Source: Chloroflexota bacterium (GTDB lineage: Bacteria; Chloroflexota; Dormibacteria; CF-121). From it: DNA of 52,395 bases. Numbering within the stretch: the stretch's first letter is position 1; each line of letters begins with the position of its first letter. A program made the position numbers and the translations under genes. Below, one piece after another: positions 38,932-47,509 of this stretch. The stretch is from NCBI GenBank assembly GCA_005881215.1, contig VBDZ01000013.1, positions 1 to 52,395 on the forward strand, written 5' to 3'. The notes beneath the pieces were generated by a model. It worked only from the letters and a program-made list of their open reading frames with translations. It searched no databases and had not been told where the DNA came from.

Positions 38932-39750
38932 TTGAGCAGAGTCATCGCCGTTGCCAACCAGAAAGGCGGGGTTGGCAAAACGACCACCGCGGTGAATCTG
39001 GGATGCGCGCTCGCGGAGCTCGGGAAGCGCGTCCTCCTTATCGACCTCGATCCCCAGGGTCACCTGACGATCAACATGGGGTTCAAGCAGCCGGACCAGA
39101 TCGAGCTGACGCTCTATCATCTGCTGCTCGACCCGCAGGTCACCCTCGGGCATGTGGTCAAGCACAGCAACCTCGGCGTTGACTTCGTGCCCTCGAACAT
39201 CGAGCTCTCCGGTGCGGAGATCCAGCTCGTCTCCGAGATGGGACGTGAGACCTTTCTGAAGGAGAAGCTGGCGCCGGGGCAGGAAGAGTACGACTTCATG
39301 GTGATCGACTGTCCACCGTCCCTGGGTCTGCTCTGCGTCAACGCCCTGGTGGCGGCCGACGAAGTGCTCATCCCGCTCCAATGCGAGTACTTCGGGATGA
39401 AGGGCATGCAGCTGCTCCATAACACGATCGAGCGGGTCAGGTCCAAGCTCAACCCGCGGCTCCGGATCAGCGGCATCCTGGCGACGATTCACAAGTCCCG
39501 GACGCTGCACTCCCAGGAAGTCCTCGAACTGGTCCGGGAGCGCTACGGGGATGTCGTCTTCGACGTCGTCATCAAGGACAGCATTCGCTTCGCCGAGACG
39601 CCGCTGGCCGGCATGTCCATCCTGCAGTACGCGGGCAGCTCCGAAGGCGCGAACGCCTACCGCGCCCTGGCCAAGGCGGTCATCAAGCGGGCGCCCGCCC
39701 CGGCAACCGAGGTCAAGCCGCCGCAGCCCGCCGTCGCCGGTCGTGTTTAA
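38932..39750 (+). CDS. ParA/Soj family ATPase (orphan)
   Basis: IAVANQKGGVGKTTT, DLDPQG, IDCPPSLG, IPLQCEY; TTG start after AGAGGT. Confidence 0.94.
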   Translation: MSRVIAVANQKGGVGKTTTAVNLGCALAELGKRVLLIDLDPQGHLTINMGFKQPDQIELTLYHLLLDPQVTLGHVVKHSNLGVDFVPSNIELSGAEIQLVSEMGRETFLKEKLAPGQEEYDFMVIDCPPSLGLLCVNALVAADEVLIPLQCEYFGMKGMQLLHNTIERVRSKLNPRLRISGILATIHKSRTLHSQEVLELVRERYGDVVFDVVIKDSIRFAETPLAGMSILQYAGSSEGANAYRALAKAVIKRAPAPATEVKPPQPAVAGRV

Positions 39751-40081
39751 GCGCGCGGCCCTCAGCGGCTCGGCGGACTTTTTTCAGGAGACCTCCAGCG
39801 CGCCGGAGATTCTGGCCGAGACCGAGCCGGAGCCGCTGCCCGCCGCCATCCACCAGTTTCCGATCCGGCCAGTGATCCAGCACCAGATCCGGCCGGAGAT
39901 CGAGCGCGAAATCGTCACCTACTTCGAGTATCAGTTCACCGAGCCGCAAGTTCACGCCCTGATCGAAGCGGTACAGAAACTGAAGTACCCGCACACCCTG
40001 AAGAACGCCGCCAAGCTCAGCATGGAGGAGTTCGAGCGCATGGAGGCGCTCCGCCAGCTCCTGCTCGAGGGGTTGCGCTAG
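39743..40081 (+). CDS. small ParA-associated protein (112 aa), not ParB-like
   Basis: GTG overlaps the parA stop by 8 nt; basic N-terminal peptide MFKRAALSGSADFF, Pro/Glu linker, helical C-terminus. Confidence 0.78.
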   Translation: MFKRAALSGSADFFQETSSAPEILAETEPEPLPAAIHQFPIRPVIQHQIRPEIEREIVTYFEYQFTEPQVHALIEAVQKLKYPHTLKNAAKLSMEEFERMEALRQLLLEGLR

Positions 40082-40084
40082 ACC

Positions 40085-41848
40085 CTACTCGACCGCCTGC
40101 GGGAGTTCGTCCTCCGCCCGCTGCGAGGTCGCCACATCCCAGCGACGCGCCACCTGCTGGGCACGATAGAGCGCGGCGTAGAGACCGGGGGCATCGACCA
40201 GGTCATCGTGGCGACCGCGCTGGACAACCCGGCCTTTGTCGAGCACCACGATCTCGCCGGCCTGCCGAATCGTTGACAGCCGGTGGGCGATGACCAGCAC
40301 CGTGCGATCGGCGACGAGCCGGGCCAGCGCCGCCTGGATCTGGTGCTCGGCCTCGGGATCGACCGATGACGTCGCCTCGTCGAGGATCAGGGCCGGCGCG
40401 TCGCGCAGCAGCGCCCGCGCGATCGAAATCCGCTGCTTCTGGCCTCCGGACAGCCGGACGCCCCGCTCGCCGATGATCGTGTCGTAGCCATTGGGGAGCT
40501 CCTCGACGAACTCGTGGGCATAGGCGGCCTGGGCGGCGGCCTCTACCTGCGCGTCGGTGGCATCGGGGTTTCCGATCTTGATGTTGGCCTTGACGGTGTC
40601 ATTGAAGAGAAAGACATCCTGCAGCACGAGCCCGATCGAGCGGTGCACGTAATCCAGCGGCAAGTCGCGAAGATCGACGCCGCCCAGCCTCACCGCACCC
40701 TGCTGCGGATCCCAAAAGCGGGCGATCAGGTTGGCGACCGTCGTCTTGCCGGCGCCACTCGGCCCGACCAGCGCGAGCACGGACCCTTCGGCCAGCTCGA
40801 GCGACACGTCGTGCAGCACGGGACGCCCCGGCTCGTAGGCGAACGTCACATGGTCGAAACTGATGTCGAAGCCGGGCCGCTCCGGGATGCGCGCCGTGGC
40901 CGACTCCGCGACCTCGATCGGGGCATCGAGAATGCCGAAGATCCGGTCGGTGGCCGCCTCGGCGTTGCGGTAACCCTCGAGCTGCCGGTTCAGCTCGGTC
41001 ACCGGGCGGTAGAGCTGGGTGGTGAGGAAGACGAACAGCACCAGGTCGGGGATGCTCAGCTGTTCCGCATGGGCCATCAAGCCGCCGACGAGGAGAACCA
41101 GCGCGACCGGAATGGCGGCCATCCACTCGACGCCGGAGAAATACCAGGTGTGGATCAGGTTCGCCCTGGTGGCCGCCCGCTTCAGTTGTTCGCTGCGCTC
41201 GTCGATCGCCCGTCGCGCGTGCCCAAGCGCGGCGAACGCCTTGAGCACCCCGACGCCCTGGATGTGATCGATCATGATGCCGTTGAGCCGGCCCAGCTCG
41301 TCCCGATAGCGGATGAAAGCCTGGTAGGCCGACCCCCGAAACGCCACCAGGATGAGCAGGATCAGCGCGAGCGGCGCGAGCGCCACCAGCGCCAGCCTCC
41401 AGTTGACCACCAGCATCAGGATGCCGAGCAGGAAGGGAACGGTGGCGGCACTGATCAGCTGGATGCCGGCATGCGCCGTGAAGAACTCGATCGTCTCGAC
41501 ATCACCGATCACTTTGGCCGCGACCGTGCCCGACTGCTGCCGGGTGTGAAACCCCATCGACAGCCGCTGCAACTGCTCATAGACCCGCATCCGCAGGTCG
41601 TGCAAGACCTCAAAGGCCGCGATATGACCGAAGCCACCCTCGAGGTAGCGGGTGACGGCCATCAGGGCGGTGGCGCCCACCATGGCGAGGCCCAGCCAGA
41701 CGAGCGTGGCGGCCGGCGAGGGGCGGGCGAGCACGGTCAACATCTGCCGGATGATCAGCGCGGGCAGCACGCTGAGGGCGGTGTAGAGGACCGAGCCGGC
41801 CACCGCAATCGCGAGCAGGCCGCGATGGCCGCGGGTGATCGCCAGCAT
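40085..41848 (-). CDS. ABC transporter fused permease/ATPase (type IV fold; CydC/IrtA/YbtP-like)
   Basis: TM domain with HIAAF..L..LR, DVE.IE...AH; GPSGAGKTT, LSGGQKQR, LILDEAT, IAHRLST. Confidence 0.92.
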   Translation of the reverse strand: MLAITRGHRGLLAIAVAGSVLYTALSVLPALIIRQMLTVLARPSPAATLVWLGLAMVGATALMAVTRYLEGGFGHIAAFEVLHDLRMRVYEQLQRLSMGFHTRQQSGTVAAKVIGDVETIEFFTAHAGIQLISAATVPFLLGILMLVVNWRLALVALAPLALILLILVAFRGSAYQAFIRYRDELGRLNGIMIDHIQGVGVLKAFAALGHARRAIDERSEQLKRAATRANLIHTWYFSGVEWMAAIPVALVLLVGGLMAHAEQLSIPDLVLFVFLTTQLYRPVTELNRQLEGYRNAEAATDRIFGILDAPIEVAESATARIPERPGFDISFDHVTFAYEPGRPVLHDVSLELAEGSVLALVGPSGAGKTTVANLIARFWDPQQGAVRLGGVDLRDLPLDYVHRSIGLVLQDVFLFNDTVKANIKIGNPDATDAQVEAAAQAAYAHEFVEELPNGYDTIIGERGVRLSGGQKQRISIARALLRDAPALILDEATSSVDPEAEHQIQAALARLVADRTVLVIAHRLSTIRQAGEIVVLDKGRVVQRGRHDDLVDAPGLYAALYRAQQVARRWDVATSQRAEDELPQAVE

Positions 41849-41867
41849 GCGAGCAAGGAAAGAACCT

Positions 41868-41906
41868 CCTTCCCCCCTTGTGGGGGAGGGGCGGGGTGGG
41901 GGGTTC
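41868..41906. repeat. REP-like palindromic element, copy 2
   Basis: CCTTCCCCCCTTGTGGGGGAGGGGCGGGGTGGGGGGTTC between the hemH stop and the ABC start. Confidence 0.88.
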
Positions 41907-42879
41907 ACGAAGAAACCGTCGACACTGATGCCACCCGCTCAGCGACCAGCGCCCGTAGCGCCTGCACCAGCCGCGGATCGGCGTTCAGCATCGGCGTCCG
42001 CTTCAGCTCGATGTCCAGCGCGTCGGCTTTCGCCCTGGCCTCGATGTCGATGTCGTAGAGGATCTCGAGATGGTCGGCGATGAATCCGACCGGCGCCACC
42101 AGCACCCCCGAATCACCCTCGCCGGCGAGGGACTCGATGGTGTCCACCAGGTCGGGCCCCAGCCATGGTTCACCGGTGTGGCTCTGGCTCTGAAACGAGA
42201 AACGCCATTTCTCGAGATTCGCCCGGCGCGCGACCAGCTCCGAGGTTCGTAGCAGCTGATCCCGATAGGGATCGCCTTCGGCGAGGATGCGGGCGGGCAG
42301 GCTGTGTGCGGTGAAGACCGTCACCACGTGGTCGGGGCGCCGGAACTGCGCGCGGATGCTGCGGACGTTGTCGGCGACGGCCTGCAGATAGCCATCGAGC
42401 TCGTGCCAGCTCTCGACAAAGTCGAGGCTGACCGGCCCGGGCGACCCGTTCGGCGAAGACCGCGGGTGTGCGGCGGCGAGGGTGGCCTCCACCTGGCGCC
42501 GGTAGCCGCCGGTGCTGATCCGCGAGTAGTGGGGCGCGAGCACGATTCCGATCAGCCGGTCGGCGCCGGCCTCGATCGCCTCTTCGACGGCGGCCGCGAT
42601 TCGCGGCGTCCAGTGCTTCATCCCGAGATGCACCGTGTAGATGGCGTCGTCCGGCGGATCAGCATTGAGGGCGCGCTCGAGCCGCTGGCTGAGCTCACTC
42701 GATACCGCCAGCAGCGGGGTTGGCACGCCAACCTGGCGATAGCGCTCCGTCAGCTCCTCCACCGCCTCGGGCGACGGCGTGCGCCCACCGCGAATATCCG
42801 TGAAGTAGGCCTCGACCTCGTCCAGGCGGTTCGGGCTGCCGTACGCCATCAGCAGGACGGCGATGTGCTTAGGCGGCAT
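41905..42879 (-). CDS. hemH: ferrochelatase (probably coproporphyrin III ferrochelatase)
   Basis: LLMAYGSP, GMKHW.P, LAPHYS, FTAHSLP, DPY, WLGPD, GFIADHLEILYDID. Confidence 0.95.
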   Translation of the reverse strand: MPPKHIAVLLMAYGSPNRLDEVEAYFTDIRGGRTPSPEAVEELTERYRQVGVPTPLLAVSSELSQRLERALNADPPDDAIYTVHLGMKHWTPRIAAAVEEAIEAGADRLIGIVLAPHYSRISTGGYRRQVEATLAAAHPRSSPNGSPGPVSLDFVESWHELDGYLQAVADNVRSIRAQFRRPDHVVTVFTAHSLPARILAEGDPYRDQLLRTSELVARRANLEKWRFSFQSQSHTGEPWLGPDLVDTIESLAGEGDSGVLVAPVGFIADHLEILYDIDIEARAKADALDIELKRTPMLNADPRLVQALRALVAERVASVSTVSS

Positions 42880-43939
42880 GGACGAACTCCACCAGTTGTT
42901 GCAGATGCTCGACCGGGCTCTCGGGGAGCACCCCGTGGCCGAGGTTGAAGATGTGCCCGGGTCGCCCACCGGCCGCCTCGATCACCCGCCGGGCCCCATC
43001 CTCGACCACCGGCCAGGGGCCCAGCAATAACGCGGGGTCCAGGTTCCCCTGGATCCCCCGGTCATACCCGATCTGCCGCCAGGCCTCCCCCAGGTCGACC
43101 CGCCAGTCGATGCCGATCACGTCGCCGCCCGCCTCGCGCAGTAATGAAAGGATGCCGGCCGTCCCGGTCGCGAAGTGGATCGAGGGGGTATTGACCCGCT
43201 GGACGGCGGCGAAGACGCCCGTCAAATAGGGCAGCACGTACCGGCGGTAATCGGCCGGCGACAGGCACCCGACCCAGCTGTCGAACACCTGCACCAGCTG
43301 GGCCCCGGCCTCGATCTGGCCCAGCAGGTACTCGCGGACCAACTGAGAGAGATGCGTCATGAGGGCATCCCAGAGTGCCGGCTCCTCGTACATCATCCGC
43401 TTGGTCATCAGGAACTCGCGCGATGGCTTGCCTTCGATCAGGTAGCCGGCCAGCGTGAAGGGCGCGCCGGAAAAGCCGATCACGGCGACGGAAGGATCGA
43501 GCGCCCGGCGAAGCAGCCGGATGGTCTCCAGCACGAACGGCACCGCTTCCGCCGGGGATCGGGACTGCAACCTATCTATGTCCGGCTTGGAGCGGATCGG
43601 CTGCTGGATCACGGGGCCGACCCCGTCGACCAGTTGCAGCTCGACGCCCAGCCCAAAGGCGACCGGCAACATGATGTCCGCGAACAGGACGGCGCCATCG
43701 ACCCCGAGGCGGCGGACCGGCTGCATGGTGACTTCGGCGCAAAGGTCCGGGGTCTGGCAGATGGCGAACAGGTCGTGCGACTCGCGGATCCGGCGGTATT
43801 CGGGCAGCGAACGCCCGGCCTGCCGCATGAACCACACCGGTCGCCGATCCACCACCTCCCGCCGCGCCGCCCGAACCAGGGAAGGCAGCACCGGATTGGC
43901 CGCCGGCCGGCCAAGCTCGCCCGCGCGGATCGTCTTCAT
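42869..43939 (-). CDS. hemE: uroporphyrinogen decarboxylase
   Basis: PVWFMRQAGRSLPEY, LFADI, GAPFTLA.Y, FDSW, QGNLDP, IFNLGHG. Confidence 0.97.
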   Translation of the reverse strand: MKTIRAGELGRPAANPVLPSLVRAARREVVDRRPVWFMRQAGRSLPEYRRIRESHDLFAICQTPDLCAEVTMQPVRRLGVDGAVLFADIMLPVAFGLGVELQLVDGVGPVIQQPIRSKPDIDRLQSRSPAEAVPFVLETIRLLRRALDPSVAVIGFSGAPFTLAGYLIEGKPSREFLMTKRMMYEEPALWDALMTHLSQLVREYLLGQIEAGAQLVQVFDSWVGCLSPADYRRYVLPYLTGVFAAVQRVNTPSIHFATGTAGILSLLREAGGDVIGIDWRVDLGEAWRQIGYDRGIQGNLDPALLLGPWPVVEDGARRVIEAAGGRPGHIFNLGHGVLPESPVEHLQQLVEFVHAA

Positions 43940-44694
43940 CGGCCGGCGATCAGGCTGACCTGTCGTTGGAGCTCCGGCTCCTCGCCTGATTCCGCGGCGC
44001 GCAACCCGAGTGCCAGCTGCAGCGCCTCGGCGGGCGCCATCCGCACGCAGGTGAAGATGGGGGTCTCCCGCTCGGTGTACCGACTCGCCTGCGACTCCCG
44101 GAGCTCCATGACGAGATCGAGGAAGGCCGCCGGCTCGTCACACTCGAAGGCGACGACGAATTCCTGGTCGTCGAGGCCGAAGGAGTAGGCGGTATTGATC
44201 TTCACCTGTGGATAGCGATGACCGATCGCGAAGTGCTCGACCATCATCGCCTTTCGCCGCTCGTACGGCAGGCGATACCAGATGCGCTTCTTCCACATCG
44301 GGTAGACGAAGAGGTAGCGACCCCCGGCCGGCTTCAAACGAGTGCGCAGCCCTTCCTGGTCCGGGTGCCGGTGGCGGCCCAGGTAGGGGGACGGCCGCAT
44401 CATCGCCAGGAACGAATGGGCTACCGCCAGGTGCGGCCCGAGCTGGGTCGCCCGCCACCCGGACTCGGCGCCTTGAATCACCTCGACGCTGTCCGCGGCT
44501 TGCCAGATCAGCAGGTCGCAGTCGCCGCGGAGCCCCACCGTGCTGTAGGTGAGCAGGGTTCCAGAGCCGGCCCGCGCATCCAAAAGCTGGGCGAACTCGC
44601 CGGCGGCCGCCAGCCGCCGGTCGACGGGCCAGGTGAGCACCGCGGGTTCGAGCTTGACGAAGGTGTACTTGACAACCTGCCGCGCGTCAGCCAT
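43936..44694 (-). CDS. hemQ: coproheme decarboxylase (HemQ/ChdC; chlorite dismutase fold)
   Basis: YPMWK..WY motif, proximal EH, YSFGLDD.EF; no distal Arg; coupled to hemE. Confidence 0.85.
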   Translation of the reverse strand: MADARQVVKYTFVKLEPAVLTWPVDRRLAAAGEFAQLLDARAGSGTLLTYSTVGLRGDCDLLIWQAADSVEVIQGAESGWRATQLGPHLAVAHSFLAMMRPSPYLGRHRHPDQEGLRTRLKPAGGRYLFVYPMWKKRIWYRLPYERRKAMMVEHFAIGHRYPQVKINTAYSFGLDDQEFVVAFECDEPAAFLDLVMELRESQASRYTERETPIFTCVRMAPAEALQLALGLRAAESGEEPELQRQVSLIAGR

Positions 44695-44701
44695 CGCTAA
44701 A

Positions 44702-44733
44702 AGCGTAGCAAGTGCATCGATGCGCACTAATCT
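44702..44733. promoter_or_regulatory. back-to-back leaderless-type -10 elements for hemQ (-) and the MBL gene (+)
   Basis: TGcTACGCT 7 nt before the hemQ ATG; TAATCT 7 nt before the MBL ATG; no SD on either side. Confidence 0.6.
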
Positions 44734-44740
44734 TGAAACC

Positions 44741-45322
44741 ATGGCGCGCCTCTCGATCCAGAAAGTGCACGTGGGCGAGAAGGACACGAATTGCTACATC
44801 GTGGCCTGTTCCGACACCAGGGAGGCGGTCGTCATCGACCCGGGCGATGATGCGCCCAAAATCCTGGGCCAGTTGCGCGGCCTGACCGTCCGCTGGATCG
44901 GCTTCACCCACGCGCACCCCGGGCACACCGGCGCCAAGGAGGCGGTGAAGGGGGCCACCCAGGCCCCGACGGCGATGCACCTCGCGGACGCGACCGCCCA
45001 GCTGAAGTCGGCGGATCGCTACCTGGTGGCGGGCGACACCCTGCCATTCGGCGCTTTCACCTTCGACGTCCTGCCGACCCCGGGCCACAGCCCGGGCGGA
45101 CTTTCGTTCAAGGTCGGCAACCACGTGTTCACCGGCGACACGCTGATGGCCGGCAAGATCGGCCGCGTTGACCTTCCGGGCTCGAGCCCGCAGCAGATGC
45201 TGCTCAGCCTGCACGGCCAGCTGCTGACGTTGCCGGACAATACGGTGATCTATCCGGGCCATGGTCCGAACACCACGATCGGCGCCGAGCGGGTCGGCAA
45301 CCCCTATCTTCGAGTCCGCTGA
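44741..45322 (+). CDS. MBL-fold metallo-hydrolase (glyoxalase II-like)
   Basis: TNCY, IDPG, THAHPGH, TPGHSPG, FTGDTL, YPGHG..TTIG.E...NP. Confidence 0.9.
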   Translation: MARLSIQKVHVGEKDTNCYIVACSDTREAVVIDPGDDAPKILGQLRGLTVRWIGFTHAHPGHTGAKEAVKGATQAPTAMHLADATAQLKSADRYLVAGDTLPFGAFTFDVLPTPGHSPGGLSFKVGNHVFTGDTLMAGKIGRVDLPGSSPQQMLLSLHGQLLTLPDNTVIYPGHGPNTTIGAERVGNPYLRVR

Positions 45323-45329
45323 CGCCGGG

Positions 45330-47144
45330 TCAGGCGGTCTTCTTCTCTGCGTAAAGGCTTTCGATTTCGGCGCGGTACTTTTCCGCGATCCGCTTGCGCT
45401 TGACCTTCATACTGGGGGTGAGCTCGTCGCCGACGACGAAGTCGGCGTCGAGGATTTTCCACTTCTTGATCTGTTCCGGATGCGAGAGCCCTCGATTGAC
45501 GTCGGCGATTGCTTGCTCGACCAGCCGGCTGGCACCCGGGTCAGCGATCCCGCCGCGTGTCTCGCGAGCATCACGATCGAGGGTGATCAGGGCCGCGACA
45601 AACGGACGGCCGTCACCGAGCACGACCGCCTGGCCGATGCCTCGGTGGCTGCGGAGCTGGGTCTCCATCGCCCCCGGCGCCACGTACTTTCCGCCCGAGG
45701 TCTTGAACAGGTCCTTCTTGCGATCGGTGATCTTCAGGTAGCCGTCCTTGTCGAGCTCGCCGATATCGCCGGTCTTGAGCCAGCCATCCACCAGGTCCTC
45801 GTGAGTCGCCCTGGGATCCTTGTAGTAACCGGCAAAGACATTGCCGCCTTTCACCAGGATCTCCCCATCGTCCGCGATCCCAATCTCGACACCCGGAAGC
45901 GGCAGCCCAACGGTTCCGAAGCGCGCCTTCCCCGGCCGGTTGAAGGTAGCCGGCGCCGTGGTTTCCGTCAAGCCATAGCCTTCGAGGATCTCGATCCCGA
46001 GACCGTAGAAGAAGCGCAGCATGTCGGGTGAGACCGCCGCCGACCCACTGACGCAGATCTGGATCTTGTCGAAGCCGAGCGTCTCGCGGATCTTTCGAAA
46101 CACGAGGCGGTCGGCGAGGGACCACTGCCAGCGGACCAGGGGCGACGCTGGTTTGCCCTTTTCATAGGCTGCCGTCCGCATCGCGCCCGCCAGCAGCGCC
46201 CAATCCCGGATCATCCGGCGCGGCCCGCGAACCCGGTCCATCTTGTCGCGGATCCCGGCGTAGATCTTCTCCCACAATCGCGGCACCGACGTGAAATAGG
46301 TCGGATGGACGTCGTGGACGGCCTCCATCACCTTGTCGACGGTGGGACAGAAATACACCTGGCAGCCGGTGCACAGTTGCCGCAGGTGGCTGACCACCCG
46401 CTCGAGGATATGCGCCAGCGGCAGGTAGGACACGACCCGATCACTCGCATCGCCACGAAAACACTGCAGGGTGGCACTTGCGGTCCAGGTCAGGTTGCGG
46501 TGGGTCAGGATGGCGGCCTTGGGAACGCCGGTTGTCCCCGAGGTGTAAATCAAGCTGGCGGTGTCGTCGGGCTCGACCGCCTGCCAGCGGCTGACCAACA
46601 GGCCGGGTCGCGAGCGGCCAAAATCGTCACCGCGGCGCAACGCCTGATCCCAGCTGATGGCCCACCCTTCCAACTCGGATGCATCGCCGTCGACCAGGAT
46701 GACCCGCTGCAAGAGCGGGAGTTCGCCTCGCAAGGCGAGAACCTGGTCGAGCAGCTTGCGATCCTCGACCACCAGCACCTTCGATTCGGAATGGCTGAGC
46801 AGGTATTTGACCTGGTCGGGGGCCAGCGTCTGGTAGATGGCGACCGTGACCAGGCCGGCGTGGAGGATCGCCAGGTCGGTGATCTGCCATTCGGGCCGGT
46901 TGGCCGACCAGACGGCGACCCGGTCCTGCGGTCGCAGGCCCTCGGCCACCAGGGCGTTGCCCAGCCGGCTGACCGCCCGGGCGTACTCGGCCCAGTTGAT
47001 CGGAACCCATCGCTGGCCGACCTTGAAGAACAGCGCCGGCGCATCTGGCCGCTCGGCCGCGGTCCGCTGGAACAGCGCGGGGACCGTTTCAGGCCGTCCC
47101 GTCGACTCGGCAGCCGGCTCGGGCGCGCGAACGGCCGAGCTCAT
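45330..47144 (-). CDS. fadD: long-chain fatty acid--CoA ligase
   Basis: YTSGTTGVPK, YLPLAHILER, VPRLWEK, EGYGLTE, TGDIG, DRKKD...SGGK, LTPSMKVKR. Confidence 0.94.
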   Translation of the reverse strand: MSSAVRAPEPAAESTGRPETVPALFQRTAAERPDAPALFFKVGQRWVPINWAEYARAVSRLGNALVAEGLRPQDRVAVWSANRPEWQITDLAILHAGLVTVAIYQTLAPDQVKYLLSHSESKVLVVEDRKLLDQVLALRGELPLLQRVILVDGDASELEGWAISWDQALRRGDDFGRSRPGLLVSRWQAVEPDDTASLIYTSGTTGVPKAAILTHRNLTWTASATLQCFRGDASDRVVSYLPLAHILERVVSHLRQLCTGCQVYFCPTVDKVMEAVHDVHPTYFTSVPRLWEKIYAGIRDKMDRVRGPRRMIRDWALLAGAMRTAAYEKGKPASPLVRWQWSLADRLVFRKIRETLGFDKIQICVSGSAAVSPDMLRFFYGLGIEILEGYGLTETTAPATFNRPGKARFGTVGLPLPGVEIGIADDGEILVKGGNVFAGYYKDPRATHEDLVDGWLKTGDIGELDKDGYLKITDRKKDLFKTSGGKYVAPGAMETQLRSHRGIGQAVVLGDGRPFVAALITLDRDARETRGGIADPGASRLVEQAIADVNRGLSHPEQIKKWKILDADFVVGDELTPSMKVKRKRIAEKYRAEIESLYAEKKTA

Positions 47145-47218
47145 GCCGCCACTATAGGAGAAGTTTCCCCGATTTCCATCGGTTTTCGACCATGGTTACG
47201 TATCCTTAGGGGACAGCT

Positions 47219-47509
47219 ATGGTTGTGGGCACCTGCGAGCTCATCTTCCAACTGCCCGAAAATCACAGCCTCAAAGGAAAACGCCAGGTCAGCCGATCCA
47301 TCGTGCAACAAATCCGCAGTCGCTTCAACGTTTCCGTCGCCGAAGTGGCGGCGTTGGACCGCTGGCAGACGCTGTCGATCGGGGTGACGTGCGCCAGCAA
47401 CGACAGCCGGTACGCCAACGAAGTCTTGAGCAAGATCGTCGACTTCGTCGAGGATCACAACGGCGGCGCCGTTCTCCACCAGCACCACATCGAGATTCTC
47501 AGAACATGA
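47219..47509 (+). CDS. DUF503 family protein (YlxP-like)
   Basis: SLKGKR, RFNVSVAEV...D.W pattern. Confidence 0.9.
   Translation: MVVGTCELIFQLPENHSLKGKRQVSRSIVQQIRSRFNVSVAEVAALDRWQTLSIGVTCASNDSRYANEVLSKIVDFVEDHNGGAVLHQHHIEILRT

Noticed and set aside
43936-44694. Chlorite dismutase
   Set aside because: The distal Arg position is Ile, the YP.xK ChdC motif is present, and the gene is coupled to hemE-hemH.
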